A stretch of 62,832 nucleotides of DNA, counting the filler, from Chrysochromulina tobinii (Eukaryota), in assembly GCA_001275005.1 (NCBI GenBank). It is 5 parts of 5 records of this genome, joined end to end, with 100 filler letters (N's around TTAATTAATTAA, not from the genome) between each part and the next. Parts side by side here need not be neighbours in the genome. Positions count along the whole stretch, not along the records: positions 1 to 22,703 come from JWZX01001276.1; positions 22,804 to 38,848 come from JWZX01001279.1; 3 more parts are not named here. One strand, written 5' to 3'. The notes under the pieces are model-generated. The model searched no databases. It was not told the origin of the DNA and worked only from the letters and a program-made list of their open reading frames with translations. Positions 20,926 through 32,923 of this stretch are shown piece after piece; position 1 is the first letter of the stretch; each line of letters begins with the position of its first letter. The translations under genes and the position numbers were made by a program.

Positions 20926-22703
20926 ATGGCAGCGGTCAAGGCGGACTTCAACTTCGCCGAGGATCTCAAGAAGTTGCGAGAGAAGACAGATGACTGGACG
21001 ATGGCGCAGGATGCAGCGCTCGCGAAGGCCCTCGAAGGCTTCGCGGCCAAGTTTGAGGACAAGCTGCGCGTGGCGGACGAGTCGATGGCCGAATTTGGGC
21101 TCAATCTCTCGCGCGCGGAGGTGCGGCTCGCCAACGCCGCCAACGGGTTGCGCGCGCTCTCGCGCACGCAGTTCCTCGAGCACCGCGTGTACGATGAGGA
21201 GGAGCCAGCGGCACCCGAGGAGGGCCCGGCAGCGGCCGAGCCGGTCCCGAAGACGGAGGCGGAGCAGCAGGCGGCTCTCGTGCGCGACTGCACGGCGCTC
21301 GTCAAGGGCGGCCTGCACTTGATCGCCAGCTTCCCGCTCTCGCTCGACGCGGAGGAGGACGAGAATGCGGCGGTGCCCGTGGCGGCGGTGCTGCCGGGGC
21401 ACTCGTTTGATGAGCTCGTGCTGCCGTTCGTGATTGGCACGCCCGAGTTTCTCGCCAAAGATTCGTGCGGCCTCTTCGAATACGGGGAGCGCAGGACGTT
21501 GCGCACCACCGAAATGACTGAACAGGCCGAGCTCGAGGAGGAGGAGGGTGAGGACGAGGACGACGAGGACGAGGACGGGAACCGCGCAACGGGCGACGCC
21601 GGCACAGACGAGGAGGACGAGGAGGACGAGGAGGACGAGGAGGACGAGGAGGAGAGCGACGACGAGAACGACGAGGACTGGGATGAGGAGACCGATGCGG
21701 AGCCTACGCCTCGAGCGCCTCCGAAGCCGATCATGAGGACGGAGAAGTCAGTCGCGAAGGAGAAGTCGTTGCTCTCGTCGATGCTGGCCGCTCAGGATGA
21801 CGACTACGACGAGGACGAGGACGAGGATGAGCCGACCCCGGCGACCTACGGCCGTGACTCCCCTGGCGACAGCGACGATAGCGACGCCACCCTGCCCGGC
21901 GGCCCCATTGCAAAGGGTCCGAATAAGGCGGCTGCGGCCGCGGTCATGTCGCGTCGGGCCCCGGCTTCGCGGGATGACGACGACGACGAGAGCGACGTGG
22001 CGATGCCCGCGGGCAAGGGCGCCAGCTCCAAGGCTGCGCCGCCGCCCCCGAAGCCGCCCCCGAAGCCGGCCGCTCCGCCTCCCCCCGACGAGGAGGAGGA
22101 GGAGGACGACGACGAGGATGATGACCCCTTTCGGTGTCGGTGGCGGCTTCTTTGGCGGAAGCGGCGGCAAGGCCGCCCTCCCGAAGCGGAACTCGCTCTT
22201 TGCAGGGGGGGCTCTTTGGCGAGGAGGGTGCCGCCGCCGCCTGCCAAGCCTGGCTCCAAATCGGGCTCCGGGCTCACTGCCGCCGCCACCGCCGCGCCCT
22301 CGGGCCCTCCTACAAAGGTGGACTATGCGTCTCTCTTTGGAGTGGGGGACGAGGAAGAGGAGACGCCGGTGATCGTCGCCGCCGCGCCTGCGAAGCCCGT
22401 CGCCTCGAGTGCGGGCCTGTTTGGGGAGGTGCCTGACGTCGCCAAGCCGACCGCAGCCAGCAGCGCGCTCGCTGTCGCCATGCTCGCGGCCGAACGATTG
22501 AAAAAGAAGCCGGGCGGCGGTGGCGGGCTCTTTGGAGGTGGCGACGGCGACGACGACGACGACGAGGACGTCTTTGGCCCGCCGCCGCCAAAAGCGCCTC
22601 CAAAGGCGCCGCCCGCACCCCCGCCGCCCGCAGCCCCGAAGCCGAAGCTGCACGCGAGCGGCGGCGGCGGCCTCTTTGGCGGCGACGACGACGATGATGG
22701 CGG
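20926..22703 (+). CDS. WASHC2: WASH complex subunit FAM21/WASHC2, 3'-truncated by contig end
   Basis: DWTMAQDAAL...LSRTQFLEHRVYDEE and LPFVIGTPEF head domain, then acidic low-complexity tail with LF-[G/D/E] repeats; probable homopolymer frameshift errors at 22125-22230. Confidence 0.8.
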
Positions 22704-22803
22704 NNNNNNNNNNNNNNNNNNNNNNNNNNNNNNNNNNNNNNNNNNNNTTAATTAATTAANNNNNNNNNNNNNNNNNNNNNNNNNNNNNNNNNNNNNNNNN
22801 NNN
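22704..22803. other. Artificial contig linker (N44-TTAATTAATTAA-N44)
   Basis: Identical 100-nt spacer with stop codons in all six frames occurs four times. Confidence 0.97.
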
Positions 22804-25800
22804 GCTGCTCCAGGCGAAGCTGCGCGATGCACCTGACGCGTTCGCGTCGCACTGGAACTGGGTCGACGCGTACCTCAGCCTCACTGAGAGGCCCGAGGTG
22901 CACCGCTTGCTGCGCCAGGCGATGATGGCGCGGCGAGCGCTGCTCCTCCTCGACGGGCTCGACGAGGCGGGCACCAAGCGCGCCGAGATTGAGCAGCAAG
23001 TCGTCGAGGTGCTGGCACCGCAGGGCCACGTGATGCTCTGCACCTCGCGGCCGGCGGGCGTGGACGAGGCGCGCTTTTCCGGCTTCCACTTGCTGAAGCT
23101 GGCGCCGCTGACCGAGGCGCAGCAGGAGCAGGCGCTGCTGCAGCGGCTGGGGAATGAGGGGGACGTGAGGCAGGTGATGACCTTTGTCGAGCGCATGCCA
23201 ACGAGCACGGACCCTGCTGCGCCGACAATGCGGCATCGCGTCACGGCCAACCCGCTGATGCTCTCGATGGTCGCGTCGGTCTTCGAGATCCGCAAAGGGC
23301 TGGGCATGCCGAAGACGGTCGCCGAGCTGTACGCGTTCGCATCGGACGCGATGCTCGCGCGCGGCGGCGTCGTGACGGCAGAAGTGCGCACGCTGCTGGA
23401 AGTTGTGTTCTTCGAGGCGCACGTGGCGCAGGCGCGCGTGATCACCGAGGTGCAGCTCCTCCGCGCGGCGCTGGGCGCCTTTGCGCCGCCGGGGACGCTC
23501 GCCAACCTGGATGCGAAGGTGGCGAAGATGTCGAAGGTGTCGAACCTCTTCAAGACGTTCAAGGGCCGGCCGGAGAAGGGCCACTACGTGGAGCTGCTGG
23601 ATGGCGCGTGGAAGGGCCAACACGGCGTGATCGTCGAGTACGACAAATCAAGCACTCAATATAAGGTCAAGCTGGCGGACGGCACAACGGGGTGGCTGTA
23701 CCCCAAGAAGCTCGCATCGTCCGGGCTGGATGAAGCTGCTTGCCGGGCGCACATGGACGCGGAGCGCCTTCCTGCCCTGGACTGCGCGGTCCAGGCGCTG
23801 CGCGATGAGGAGCGGGCGGCGGTCGCGCAGGTTCGCGAGCGATTGGGGCAGGATAGGCTCCCTCTTCTCAGCCTGCTGCAGGTCGAGCCGCTCCAGATGC
23901 AGTCGGCGCACCTGTCCTTCCAGGAGTTTTTTTCCGCGCAGGCCATCTGCTCGGGCAAGTACCGCCTCCCTGAGGGGTCGCCGCCACCGTGGCAATGGCC
24001 GGCGTTTTGGGCCAACGCGGTCACGCTCGGCAGCGAGATGGGCGACGCCTTTGGCAAGGGGCTGAAGCAGACGGCCGGGGTGGATGATGAGCTCGACCTG
24101 AGCAAGAAGCTATTTGGGGGAGATCGGCCGACGATGGTCGCTGCCGTGGCGCAGCTGATGCGTGGGCTGGTGTCGCTCAGCCTGCGAGGGAACGAGTTGA
24201 CTGATGGCGAGGGTGTGAAGATGGTCGAGGCGCTCCAGGCGAACACGAGGCTGAGGCAGCTCGACTTGGGTGGCAACGAGCTCGGCGTGGGGAGCGGCAA
24301 GGCGATGGTCGAGGCGCTCAAGACGAACACGACCTTTCGCACGGTCATGTTGGACGGCGCCGTTCTCTCGATCGCAGAGCTCACTCTGCTCAAGAACAGC
24401 CTGGACGTTGAGTCGGCCACGATGCTCGCCAAGATCGGCGCGGAGAGGGGCATCATGCTCTCGGGCATGAAACGCGACCAGACGAAGGCCGACTTCTCGA
24501 GCAGGGGCCTGCAACCCGCCGACGCTATCCTGATCGGGTCAGACCTGCAGTTCATGGCGGTATTGACCTCGGTGGACCTCCAGTACAACTCCATCGGCTA
24601 CGATGGTGCCAAGGCGATCGCGGAGGCGCTGAAGGTCAACGCGGTGGTTACCACCCTCAACCTCGGGAACAACTCCATCGGGGTTGAGAGTGCCATCGTG
24701 ATCGTGGAGGCGCTGAAGGTCAACACGGTGATGACCACCCTCTTCCTCTCAAACAACAGCATCGGGGATGAGGGTGCCAGGGCGATCGCGGAGGCGCTGA
24801 AGGTCAATGCGGTCCTGACCAAGCTCTGGCTCGGGGGCAACGAGATCGGGGACGTGGGTGCCAAGGCTATCGCTGATGCCCTCAAGTCAGGCATGGCGGT
24901 CTTGACCACCCTGAGCCTGTACTCCAACAACATCGGCGACTACGGAGCCAAGGCGATCGCGGAGGCGCTGAAGATCAACGCGATGGTGACCACCCTCTAC
25001 CTCGGGAACAACTCCATCGTCACAGCACGCGAGAGGGTCGGGAGCTTGTTCGGAGTCTCCCCCTTGGTCATGGAGCGCGAGGGTGCGACGACGGGGAACG
25101 CCGCTGCCTCCGATCAACAAAGCCAAGAGAACGACGCCCAGATTCAGGAGGCTGCGCAGGCCCTACAGGATGAGCGCAGTTTCGGACGCGTCGTTGCCAT
25201 GGCTCCTGTCAGTCAGTACACAGCTGACGAAGGGAAGTCCGCCTGCACTACGATCGCCTGCTTTGGAGCGCTCGAAATGCTCCAGAGGCTTTGCACGTTT
25301 GGTGTGGGCCTAGTTGCGCAACCTGGCAGCCTTGCTTTGAGCCCTCCACACCTCAACTCAGCTGAGCTTGCAGATGCGCTTGTTCGGGTGGTCAAACAGG
25401 GAGTGGACGCTCACGTTCGAGCGCTCAGCCATAATCCAGCATCTCAGCACCGCTCTTCAAGCGAAGTCATGGATGCGTTACCTGCGACTCACGAGCTGCG
25501 ACAGAAACTATTCCGCGGCACTTGCAGCGAATACTTGCTGTCAGGCAACGAAGATGATCGGGCAGCGTGCTTCATGCAAGCGCTTCAGCCGCCGGCTGCA
25601 CCGCACACGGCAGCCAGCTACGTGCTTACGAAGCCGCCGGAGACGGTGCTTTGCGTCATCGGAGCAGACACCAGTACACCGTGTTTTATGTTGGACTTGC
25701 ACCCGAACTCGTCGCGCAGGCTGGCTGGTGCCCATGTTTTGCGCTTTGACTGCGTGCAATCCTTGTGCACCGCGCTCTGTCGCCGCTTTCCGGTGGTGCA

Positions 25801-26677
25801 CCTCCCTGATGTGGATCCGGGGGACTGGCAGCTGGCATACATGCGCCAATTCAGCGCGATGCCGCTGATGCTGACAATACCGCTGACCGACAACGAGCGC
25901 AACTTGATGCAGTGCCAATGCATGCAGGATGGAGAGCTGATGGTCGATCCAGTTCTTGCTGTGGATGGGCATACATACGAGCGTGAATACATCTTGCAGC
26001 ACTTTGAAGCCGAGCGCGAGCGCATTGCTGCTACGCATCAGCCTGCTCACGTACAAGTTCGTCACAACATCAACTCACCGCAGGGAGGCCAAATACTTGT
26101 TGAGCTGCTCGTTCCCAACCGGTTCGCTCTGACCGCGATTCAACAGGCGGTAGAAGGCGGGCGCATTGGTGATGGCGAAGTGTGCGATTGGCGTGAGCGC
26201 CGTGAAGCGGTGGTGCGTCAACGGGCTCAAGGTGGTCTAGGTGGTCAAGGTGGTTTAGGTGGTCAAGGTGAGGCCGTCCTGGCGTTGCAAAAGGAGTTTG
26301 CTGTCCTGTTGCCACCCGAGCGGCCCCGGTCACGCCTCAAGGAGGGCTTCTTGATCATCTCTGCAACCGCCGCACGGATGCTCCGCGGTGGTACATGGTG
26401 CTGTTCAAGGACCGGCTCAGCTGGTACAGGAATGACTCGAAGAAATGACTCGACCCCGATCGTGGTGCCGGTCGCCGTCGCGCTTTCCGCGCCTACCGCG
26501 CCTACCGCGCCTCCCGCATCAGACGACGGCGTCGAGATGCTCGCCGCCATGTTCCCGACATATGACAAGGAGATCCTCTCGATCATCCTCGCCGACCACA
26601 GCAACAATGTGGAGGCGGCCATGGATCAGCTGGTGCTGCTGACTCGAGACCAGTTGACCCTGACGTCTCCCAGTTGA
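22804..26677 (+). CDS. 5'-truncated NACHT/NLR-like protein (Walker B, SH3/KOW-like insert, NLRC3-type LRRs) in frame with putative VTD-like cysteine protease, U-box and CUE domains
   Basis: LLLLDGLDE, CTSRP, NPLMLSMV, HLSFQEFF; 28-aa LRRs (LxxNxIGDxGAKAIAEALKVN) to ~25018; SQY...GKSAC and MLDLHP; U-box ELMVDPVLAVDGHTYERE...LVPN; CUE LAAMFPTYDKEILSIILADHSNNVEAAMDQL; may be two genes with a second ATG at 25070. Confidence 0.75.
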
Positions 26678-27599
26678 CCCTGCGATTCGGGAGCAGTTGC
26701 GGCAATTTGCGGCCACGAGCTACGCACCCAGAGCTGAGCATGCTGCATTCTGGATGGTCTTCGTTGGCATGTATGGATGGTTGCTCGCCGTGTGCAGTGG
26801 TCGCCGGTTTTCTCAGCAGGATACCGGTCCGGTCACGGCTCGACATCAGAAGTCTATAGACGTATAGAGGTAGCTACGCACACGGCCGTACCGATAGATT
26901 CAAGATTCTACATTAAACTAATGATAGAAGATAGATACACGTTCTACATAAACGCAACACGCGCGAACCGGCGTTTTTCCGGCGACCGGGCCGACGCGGA
27001 CAGCTCGGCCCCGTGCTCATAAAATTTTCATAACAACTTTCGCACTTCGGGAGTTTCGCATTTCCGTTCGGGAGTCCGGTCACTTGCCGCCGCCGATGGC
27101 GCATGGGCATCCTCCGCGCAGGCCGCAGCTCGAGAGCTCCAGAGCCGGGGCCCGCCCACAAAGTGCCACACGCGTTGCCCCCCCACGCTCTCGCCCATGG
27201 CTTTCGCCACAACCACACTTTCAGCGATCGCCACACTCCTCACGCCCTACTCACGCCCACCACAGAACATACAGCGCTGTCCACTCGCAGCAAGAGCCAA
27301 AAGTCCCTTAACATGCGCAGCCTAGTCGTCCCAATCTACATATCATCGTGCTCCTCCCAGCAAGATGTTCGCCAAAATACATATCAGATTCGCCACCGCA
27401 TCATACCCGGCTCCAGGCCAGCAGCATGCACCTATAAGTGTGACTTGCCTAATTCCGCCACGTTGATGTGCTAACAGCGATCTGGTCCAATCTCGCCTTC
27501 CATTCTCGCCTTCAATTCACAGCGATCTGGTCCAATCTCGCCGATGGACGAGACTCGTCCTCGGTATCCGTGCAGCCGTGATGCCATTCACGCCTTCCA

Positions 27600-30500
27600 T
27601 TAACGCCTTCCATTCACGCCTTCCATCCATCGAAGGTGTGAATGGACCACGTCGCCTCGGACCGCTCTGGCTGAGACCACTGCAGACGACTCCATACTGA
27701 TGAAGGAGGCATTTATTGGTCATCAGTGGCCATCAGTGGGCACTGATGACCACGCGGACGACTCCATACTGGCCGTCTCCATCTCGTCGTCCGATGCATT
27801 CCGAGACGCCGCCTGCCGTTTGAGGGCATCGGCCATCCGAACACGGCGCACAATACCACCGGTCATCGCGCAACTGATCGTCTCCATCGCGCCATGGGCT
27901 GCCGAAGCGGCGGGCACCCCTGCCGAGGGAGCGGCAGACGAAGGGGATGTACCCGAGATAGTGGCCGAGATAGTGGCCGAGGGAGCGGCAGCCGACGGAG
28001 ATGTACCCGAGATAGTGGCCGAGATAGTGGCCGAGGAGGCAGAGGCCGAGGGGGCGGTGGCCGAGGACAGAGACACACGAAGTTTGGCGGTGGCCGGTGC
28101 GCTGACCGTGAGGCTCTGCATGCATCGGGGGACAGCAGCGCGGGCCATCTCCTCCCGAAGCGCGAGATCGGCGGCGGCCTCGTTTGCATGCGTCTCTGCG
28201 ATGGAGGCGAGCAGGTCGTTGATCATCCGTCGCTGCTCCGTGACGAAGGCGAAGATCTGGCCGTGGAAGTAGCCCTGATGAAGGAGACAATCAGTGGTCA
28301 TCAGTAGCCATCAGTGGCCATCAGTGGCGATCAGTGGCGATCAGTGTTGATCAGTAGCCATCAGTGGCCATCAGTGGCCATCATGGCCATCAGTGTTCAT
28401 CAGTGTTCATCAGTAGTGGCCATCAGAGGTCATCAGCACGCACCTCGTGGTACTCGACTTGCATGCGCGGCGCACGCTTCATAGGCGCTAAATGCTTCTC
28501 ATCGGCTGCTAAAGCCTGCTGCCACTCCAGCAGCTGTCGACGCACCTGATGAGGGCGGCAATCAGAGGTCATCAGCATGCACTCGGAGATGCAATCACAT
28601 CGGCTGCCACTCCAGCAGCTGTCGACGCACCTGATGAGGGCGGCAATCAGAGGTCATCAGCATGCACTCGGAGATGCAATCACATCGGCTGCCACTCCAG
28701 CAGCTGTCGACGCACCTGATGAGGAAAGCAATCAGACGCAGTCAGCGGCCGCCATCAGTAGTAGCTGTCGGCGCACCTCGTGCACGTCGGCGACGGTGTC
28801 CCGCCCTTCGAGGATCACGATCGACTTGCAAGGGACATCTGACGGCGCCAAGTAGTGATTGGCCCACCAGAAGCGTCGACGAAATGCGTCCTGCAGGGAG
28901 GCAATTAGCATGCAATGAGGGAGGCACTCAGCATGCAATGAGGGAGGCACTCAGCATGCAATGAGGGAGGGCCATCAGCATGCAATGAGGGAGGCACTCA
29001 TCATGCAATGAGGGAGGCCCTCAGAGGGAGGTCCCCCGACGCACCTGCAGCGAGAGCTCGAGTGTGGCGCCCATCTTCTGCGCGTAGTGCACCCAGTTGT
29101 CGCCAAACGTCTTGTGGCTGAACACCGGCTCCGCGAGCAGAAAGTTGGACACGATCGCCGACGTGTGCAGCTGGAAGCAGATCGGGTCGACCATCGTGAA
29201 TGCGACTGCCACCTCCGGTGCCTTTTTGAGGATCGCGGCGAGGACTGCCGTCCCAAACGAGTGGCTGACGAACCCCGCCCTCGAAGCGCCGCACTGGCTG
29301 AGCATCTCGCGCACCTGATGAGGGAGGCAATCAGAGGTCATCATCAGAGGTCAACATATGAAGTCATCATCGAGCATCTCGCGCAACTGACGAGGGAGGC
29401 AATCAGAGGTCATCAGCATGCACTCGGAGATGCAATCACGCACCTGGCCCGCGATCTCGCTTGGCGTGGGCGGCCATCAGAGGTCATCAGCATGCACTCG
29501 GAGATGCAATCACGCACCTGGCCCGCGATCTCGCTCGGCGTGGGCGGCCGGTGTGCAAACGTAACCGCCGGGATGGACGAGAGGGAGCACTGTGGAAAGA
29601 GAGGCACGATGATTGCGCCGCGGGTGCACCACGCCAAATGCAGGATGAAGACGCAATAGGGGAGCAGACCGCCGACGCCATGCAGGACGACGATGGGCGT
29701 CATCGTGGGCGCGCTCGGGTCCGAGCGAGAGAGCCGAGGGGGAAGGTACCTGATGAGGGAGGCAATCAGCGGTCATCAGAGGTCATCAGAGGTCATCAGA
29801 GAGCCGAGGATGGCAGTACTCGAGCCTATCAGTGGTCATCAGAGGTCATCAGAGGTCATCAGAGAGCCGAGGTGGGGGCAGGTACCAGTACTCGAGGCGC
29901 TGCTCGTCGTTCTCGCCGCGGGAGCAACGGAGTTCCAAGCCCACACGCCGGTACACCCACCTGATGAGGGAGGTCATTAGCATGCGCTCAGAGATGCAAT
30001 CAGCATGGAATCTGATGCAATCAGCATGGAATCAGATGCAATCAGATGCAATCAGCATGCAATCAGCATGCAATCAGATGCAATCACGGACGCCGGCACT
30101 CGCGCCAGATGATCGCCCCGATCGTCTGATGAGGAAGACACTCAGCAGGCACTCAGCAGGCACTCAGCATGGCACTCAGCATGGCACTCAGCATGGCACT
30201 CAGCATGGCACTCAGCATGCGCTCATACGCACCAGATGATCCCCTCGAGCGTCTGCATGTACAGATAGTACACGAGAGGCTTGTTGCATGCTTCCAGCCC
30301 GTCGAAGACGTAGCTCGCGATGCAGCGCAGCTGCGGGTTGCGCCCTTCTGGCAGCCGCTTGCCCAGCACCTGCGGGAGATTGGGCGAGGTCCAGTCAAGG
30401 GTGCCCGAATCAGTCGCAATCAGTGGCAATCAGCATGCAATGAGCGCACCGCCTCGACCATCTGGACCATCGACTCGATCAATGAGGGAGGCAATCAGCA

Positions 30501-31159
30501 TGCAATGAGGGAGGCAATCAGCATGCGATGAGCGCACCGCCTCGACCATCTGGACCATCGACTCGATCAATGAGGGAGGCAATCAGCATGCAATGAGGGA
30601 GGCAATCAGCATGCAATGAGCGCACCGCCTCGACCATCTGGACCATCGACTCGATCACGGCGCACTTCGCCTCGCCCAGGTCCGCCAGATGCGAGTTGTA
30701 GATGAGGAGCGAGAGGACGCTGGCGACATCATCGGCGCCCATCTCGCCCTCACCCGCGAACCAGGAGCGGAGCCCGCGCTCGATCGCTTCGGCCGAGTCC
30801 TCCTTGAGCACGCGCTCCCAGCACCGGCGAGCCTCCCGCGAGTCCTTCCAGCCGGTGAACATACAGTTCGGCGCCAGGCTGCGCACGTGGCGGAAGCGAC
30901 GCGTGTGGAGCCAGAAGGCGAGCTCGAGCGGCACCGCAAAGAAGACGTAGCAGGACAACGTGAGCGGCCAGCTCCGGGCGTAGAGCGAGAAGAAAACGTC
31001 CAGGAGCGCGTAGCACAGCGAGACGTACCACGGCTCGGCTTCCGCCCGGTCCGCACGTCTGCACGACTCGGTCGGCGACGAGCCCGGGGATTTCGACGGG
31101 TGCACGCCCATATCCCCGCGCGGACCTGTCGGCGGCGAACGGGCGTGTTCGGCGCGCAT
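27600..31159 (-). CDS. Alpha/beta-hydrolase fold protein, about 9 exons
   Basis: Splicing GT-AG introns 30370-30625, 29961-30232, 29750-29885, 29315-29517, 28891-29044, 28546-28776 and 28275-28443 (probably also ~27697-27769) gives one frame with PIVVLHGVGG, nucleophile SHSFG, MVDPICF, LEGRD and FHGQ; last exon tentative. Confidence 0.8.
27697..30625 (-). mobile_element. Cluster of repetitive introner-like introns (GCATGCTGA / TGATGACCTC / TGATTGCCTCCCTCATCAG family)
   Basis: Eight introns share the same short internal units and mostly the same 3' end (TGATTGCCTCCCTCATCAG or close variants), often with copies of the neighbouring exon ends. Confidence 0.7.
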
Positions 31160-31544
31160 CGTGATGAGTCGCTAAATTCGTTTGCAAAACGACTTACCGG
31201 TAGGAAACGAAAACGCGAGCTCGACACGAGATCCATCTGCAGTCGCGGCGAGCGCGCGCGCGCCCGCGGTCCGTCAGCTCCAACACGAGCAAGGGAGCGT
31301 ATTCACCAGCGTCCATAAAGTCGGGCCAACTAGAGTTATGGTTACGGGTTCGGTTACAATTTGTAGGGGTTTTCGGTTTAAGGATAAAGCCTGTGGCGCC
31401 ACAATTGTGTTGAGGGTGACTGATGTCTGACCGTAATCGAGTAAATGAAGAACTGAAGATATGTGTGTGCCAGCCAATTGGTGTGCGCACGTCACACGCG
31501 AAAATTGCTTTTTCAGACCGCAACATGCATCAGACCGCAACATC

Positions 31545-32601
31545 TCACCTACCGACCGCCTTCACCGGAAGGTCGGCGAGCTTGTCCCCACACAGTTGCC
31601 ACCACAGCTTTGCATGGGCGGACGAGGGTGCCGTCGCCAACGGCTGCCGGGTGAGCGCGTCGATGCGCAGGGCCGCCCGGCTCCATGGCTTGGGCTCGGA
31701 GAGAAAGTGGATCACCTGATGAGGGATGCAATCATAGGACATCAGATGCAATCAAGTCTCCACATGGCTTGGGCTCGGAGAGAAAGTGGATCACCGCCGG
31801 GTCGCTGGCCATCAGGCTCTCAGCGTTGATATTCACGCGATTCGACGCCGCCACAACCGTCGCGGTGGGCAATGACTTCCACCGGGGCCCAAAGTACAAG
31901 TTGAGTAGCGATTGGTCGCCAAAGATCTTCTCGCCGACATTGGCGGGCGTGCGCGCATCGCCGCGGCTATCGAGCACCGTGCCCGACCTTGCCATCATCG
32001 CCACCCTCGTCAGATTGTGAAGAAGCGCCGCGCCCGGCCGGATAATCATCAGACCCGAGTTGAAGAAGCTGAGGGCACCCTTGCGCACGGCGCCAGCAGC
32101 AGCCACCTCGTGCTCGTCAAGATCAAATGTGAGCAGCCAATCGAGCGCACCTCGCACCACCATATCGGAATCAAGAACCACCGAGCGCGACCGTGGCAAC
32201 CCCCACAGCCACAGCTTGGCGTGCGTGGCCATGTGCTCCGGACCTCTCTCAAAGAGGCCGCGCCCACGTCGCACTCGAGCTGAAGGCGCTGAGTAGTGCA
32301 TGTCCGCGATGCTCGTGGGGTGATCGGCCATGATGCGAGCGAGCGAGAAGACCCGCTCGGCACCAAAGGTATTTGCGAGGAGGGCGAACGAGTCCGCACT
32401 CAGATTGCGCTCGGGCAAACGGTCGTCGTAGACAACGTCCATCGGACAGCGGTTGCCAGCACCAGCTATTGAGCGACGGAGGCAAACGGCACCTGGGACG
32501 TATCTGTCCCCCGACACAAACGTGACGAAGGCTGCATTTGCACCACAGCCAGCGGCGTTCGAGGCGGCCGCGTGCTCGCGCCAGTGGCGCGCGGGCGGCA
32601 T
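31545..32601 (-). CDS. Glycosyltransferase family 8 (glycogenin/galactinol synthase-like); intron 31716-31794
   Basis: FVTFVSGDRYVPGA, KLWLW, VLDSDMVV (DxD), FNSGLMII, GDQSLLNLYF, VIHF...KPW; the KPW motif is completed only after splicing. Confidence 0.85.
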
Positions 32602-32923
32602 TGGGAAGCCCCGCGGCCCGCGCGGCGCCCGGAGCGGCGCTTTTCTTCGCGAAGATCGCGAAGGTCACATACAAGTAGTGATACAAAAACGGCGCGCAGT
32701 TTCTCTGATAGTTAGGGGTGTCCACTATACAGAGTGAAGACTGTCGGCTGGACTGTGGGAGTGAAATAAAGTTGAAAACCGTCAAAACCGACGCCGGTAC
32801 CACTATAATACGGAGGCACTAATCCACTCTAGTACACTCATTGTTCAATTCGAATGTGCGCAATGGACCATGCTGATCATGCTCTCGGCCCACTCCTGCT
32901 GGTCAAGCGCAAGTCAAGTCCAG

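Noticed and set aside
22125..22230. Programmed frameshifting in FAM21 (LF motifs appear in the +1 and +2 frames)
   Set aside because: Three single-base gains in homopolymer runs restore the frame; the pattern fits sequencing error better
22704..22803. TTAATTAATTAA motif flanked by Ns (four copies) as a biological repeat, and gene clusters spanning them
   Set aside because: Synthetic six-frame-stop contig spacer; adjacency across linkers (for example PKS next to LHC or NAXD) carries no biological meaning
28290..30660. Repeat-spacer appearance suggesting a CRISPR array
   Set aside because: Repeats vary in length and lie inside GT-AG introns; the 'spacers' are exons of one hydrolase; eukaryotic context with no cas genes
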